Source of the DNA: a virus
Lineage: Duplodnaviria > Caudoviricetes
IMG/VR virus record: IMGVR_UViG_3300042305_001248
Span: 1-55,619 of that record
Reading direction: 5' to 3' (one strand)
DNA: 55,619 nt
Part shown: positions 53,393 through 55,619 of the stretch, in pieces
How positions within the stretch are numbered: position 1 is the first letter of the stretch
Layout of the letters: each line of letters starts with the position of its first letter
Position numbers and translations under genes: made by a program
Notes under the pieces: model-generated
What the model was told of the DNA's origin: nothing
What the model saw: only the letters and a program-made list of their open reading frames with translations
Databases searched by the model: none

Positions 53393-54899
53393 CGTCTCCC
53401 TCAAACTCTGCGATCCGAACCGGACCGCACGCTTCGGTCGCCTTCCCTGGGTCTCCCTTCACGAAGACGAGGACGTTCTGGTGAGTTTTTCCGACCTTCC
53501 TCCCGCTCTCAAAGAAGCGGCGAACTCGCATCGGCATCGAACCGGCTGGAATCAGAAGCACCATTTCGTTGTAGTAGCGAAGGCCCGCAGCCTCGCAGGC
53601 TCGGATCGTGTCCTGGACGAAGCCTCGATACGCTCCTCCGCCCTTCTTCTCTCGGACCTCGCCGACGACGATCGCGAAGAAGCGATCCGGAGCGAGGAGT
53701 GAAGCGGATCCCTCGATCGCTTTCGAGTAGGCTGACAGGAACTCGGGATAGTCCATCGTGGAGAGGTCTCTCGGGTCGTCGGAGTAGACCTCAAGGTCGG
53801 CGTAGGGAGGGCATGTCAGGACGAAGTCGTAGGGAGCGCCGTCAGCCGCGAGGGACCCTACGTCCTGAGCGTCGCCGACGATCCATGTCGGAGGGGATAC
53901 CTGCGCTCCGGAAACGCCAGCCGACCGCGCTCGCTCGGACGAGGAGAATATCCGCGCCGCCTGGGATCGGTTCTCCTCCACTTGCTCTTCTCGCAGATCG
54001 ACTCCGACGTAGGAACGACCGAGCCACCCGGAAACGACTCCTCGGACGGATCCTCCTGCGAACGGGTCGAGGACTCGACCTCCGACTGGAGAGAACCAAG
54101 TCACGAGCACCTCTGCGAGAACGGGATTGAATATGCTCGTGCCTAGCGTTCCATTGACCAAACTAAGCCTATCTCCGTGCAGCTCGACGACCTCCTCTTG
54201 CGATAGCTTCCTTCCGAGCTTCTGTTCGGACTCGTTCTTCAGTTTGTAGTAGTTGCCGAAAGAAGCAGAAGGTGAAAACCCGATCAAGTTGTCTCCTCTT
54301 CCGCTGTGCGAACGCAGGCCGAGAGCCATCCAGTTTGTCTTCCTCTCGTTCCACGCTCCCTGGCGAGCGTCGAGAACGGAGAACGGCGGGACAAGGAACT
54401 CCTCCGAGAGCTTGATCCCAGCCTCTCGGCTCTCCGCGTCTTTCGCCTCTCGCTCCGACTCCTTCTCGACCTGGAACTCGTCCGGATTCCAACCGAGGGC
54501 CGCGATCTCGGCCTCGCTCTCGGCGCACTCGCGCAGGGCCTGACGCAGCGCGTCGTCGTCCCACTCGGCCAGCTCCGCCGTCCGGTTGTCCCGGAGCGCG
54601 TAGCGGGTCGCCTCGACGTCTCCCTCCTCGACGACGACGACCGCGAGGCTCGACCAACCGAGCTGCTGCGCTGCCGCCAGCGTCCCGTTTCCCGCCCTGA
54701 CGATCAGCCGGTCGCCGACGCGCTGCGCCACGATCGGCTTCCGCTGCCCGTGCTCGTCCAGGCTCTGCGCGATCGCCTGGAGGTTCCGGTCGTCGTGCCG
54801 CCTCGCGTTCGTCGGATCCGGCACGAGCTGCTCAACCGACATCGCCAGCGATGCGAGCTGCGGGTGGATCTTCGCCTCGATCTGCTTCCTCTTCGCCAT
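53376..54899 (-). CDS. ParB/Srx-like domain fused to an amino DNA methyltransferase (probably N4-C)
   Basis: PDPTNAR.H...GQRKPI...AGNG...DNRTAE; SIFNPVL, VLDPFAGGSVRG, TCPPY. Confidence 0.88.
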   Translation of the reverse strand: MAKRKQIEAKIHPQLASLAMSVEQLVPDPTNARRHDDRNLQAIAQSLDEHGQRKPIVAQRVGDRLIVRAGNGTLAAAQQLGWSSLAVVVVEEGDVEATRYALRDNRTAELAEWDDDALRQALRECAESEAEIAALGWNPDEFQVEKESEREAKDAESREAGIKLSEEFLVPPFSVLDARQGAWNERKTNWMALGLRSHSGRGDNLIGFSPSASFGNYYKLKNESEQKLGRKLSQEEVVELHGDRLSLVNGTLGTSIFNPVLAEVLVTWFSPVGGRVLDPFAGGSVRGVVSGWLGRSYVGVDLREEQVEENRSQAARIFSSSERARSAGVSGAQVSPPTWIVGDAQDVGSLAADGAPYDFVLTCPPYADLEVYSDDPRDLSTMDYPEFLSAYSKAIEGSASLLAPDRFFAIVVGEVREKKGGGAYRGFVQDTIRACEAAGLRYYNEMVLLIPAGSMPMRVRRFFESGRKVGKTHQNVLVFVKGDPGKATEACGPVRIAEFEGDDDLAP

Positions 54900-54901
54900 G
54901 C

Positions 54902-55619
54902 TCACCTCGTCGGGACCCGGAGCGCCCACACCGGCTGCCGCCGCCTGTGCGAGCCCGAGGTCTCCCAGCCGATCTGCTGCCAGCCGCGACCGCGAAAGAC
55001 GCAGCCCATGAAGCGCCGATCGACCGCGTCGATCTCGTCACCCATCCCCTGATCCCGCATCGCCTGGAGGACGCCGCTCGACGTCACCCGACCGTGCTGG
55101 AGCGCGAGCGTCCGAGCCACGCCGCGGGCCAGCTCGATCACCTCGGCGCGGTGCTCCTCCAGAGCGTCCAGGGCCGCGTCCCGAGCCGCTGCCTGCGCCG
55201 AGACAGGGGCAGGAGGTCGAGGCGCAGGGACAGGCGCAGGAGGCGCTCTACGGGCCTCCTGTGGCCCGCCGAAGAGCGCGAGCTGCGACGGGCCCTCCGA
55301 CCTCGCGAGACGCTCTGCCTCGGCGAGCATCGGACGGGCGCGCTCCTCGACCAGCTCGCGCTCCGCGTACTCCGCTCGGGCTCGGAGACGAGCAACCTCG
55401 GCCCGGAGAGAGTCGCGCTCCGCCGTCGCAGCCGCGAGGGAGCGAGCGAGCCCGTCGCGATGCCGCTGCGCCGACTCGACCTCGGCCCTCGCCTCGTCGC
55501 GCTCGCGCTCGACGACGCGCACTCGCTCACGGAGCTTCGCGGTCGCCGTGCCGAACTCGCTCTTTGCATCGTACCAGTCGCGCTCATAGGCAGCCGCCTT
55601 CGCCACCGCCGCATCCCGC
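54902..55619 (-). CDS. 3' part of the junction-spanning repeat protein; QLALF motif and C-terminal winged-helix-like domain
   Basis: In frame with the ORF starting at 580. Confidence 0.8.
   Translation of the reverse strand, partial: RDAAVAKAAAYERDWYDAKSEFGTATAKLRERVRVVERERDEARAEVESAQRHRDGLARSLAAATAERDSLRAEVARLRARAEYAERELVEERARPMLAEAERLARSEGPSQLALFGGPQEARRAPPAPVPAPRPPAPVSAQAAARDAALDALEEHRAEVIELARGVARTLALQHGRVTSSGVLQAMRDQGMGDEIDAVDRRFMGCVFRGRGWQQIGWETSGSHRRRQPVWALRVPTR

Larger units (their letters stand above)
1..55619. mobile_element. Complete circularly permuted contractile-tailed (myovirus-like) bacteriophage genome
   Basis: 26-bp terminal overlap; full terminase-portal-capsid-sheath-tube-TMP-baseplate-lysis gene set; no host housekeeping genes. 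Confidence 0.95.

Noticed and set aside
1-55619. Apparent excess of TCGA/CGATCG/TCGCGA and strong CTC/GTC codon preference
   Set aside because: Impression only; needs a Markov-normalised k-mer count before any restriction-avoidance or modification claim

Overview
This is a complete, circularly assembled genome of a very GC-rich tailed phage with a contractile tail (myovirus type). Bases 1-26 are repeated exactly at 55594-55619, giving a unit length of about 55,593 bp, and one gene reads in frame across the junction. Nearly all genes are on the minus strand in one transcriptional circle that starts at about 13.4 kb. Early and middle genes include a MoxR AAA+ ATPase, a vWA protein, a DUF6744-like protein, a PD-(D/E)XK nuclease, a Sak4-like ATPase with an SSB, a replication organiser, RusA, MazG, a UDG-like/HTH fusion and DNA methyltransferases. 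These are followed by terminase, a 1471-aa fibre cassette, portal, head, tail and baseplate genes, and lysis genes. Only an HNH endonuclease and a poly-C-frameshifted C5-methyltransferase-like gene are on the plus strand, where a lysogeny module would normally sit. I saw no integrase, CI repressor, DNA polymerase, tRNA, CRISPR array or reverse transcriptase. The most interesting signal is non-coding. The MoxR, vWA and DUF6744-like genes are wired as a regulon by three promoters of identical geometry that carry the same ACGCT-N4-AGCGT palindrome, by two covarying three-way-junction RNA elements with a conserved GG-CUCGC(G/U)A-CC hairpin, and by a recurrent hairpin-plus-AGCAAGGAGAG translation-initiation element. 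All family assignments come from motif recognition by eye; no database search was run. A myxobacterial or other GC-rich Gram-negative host is an inference only.
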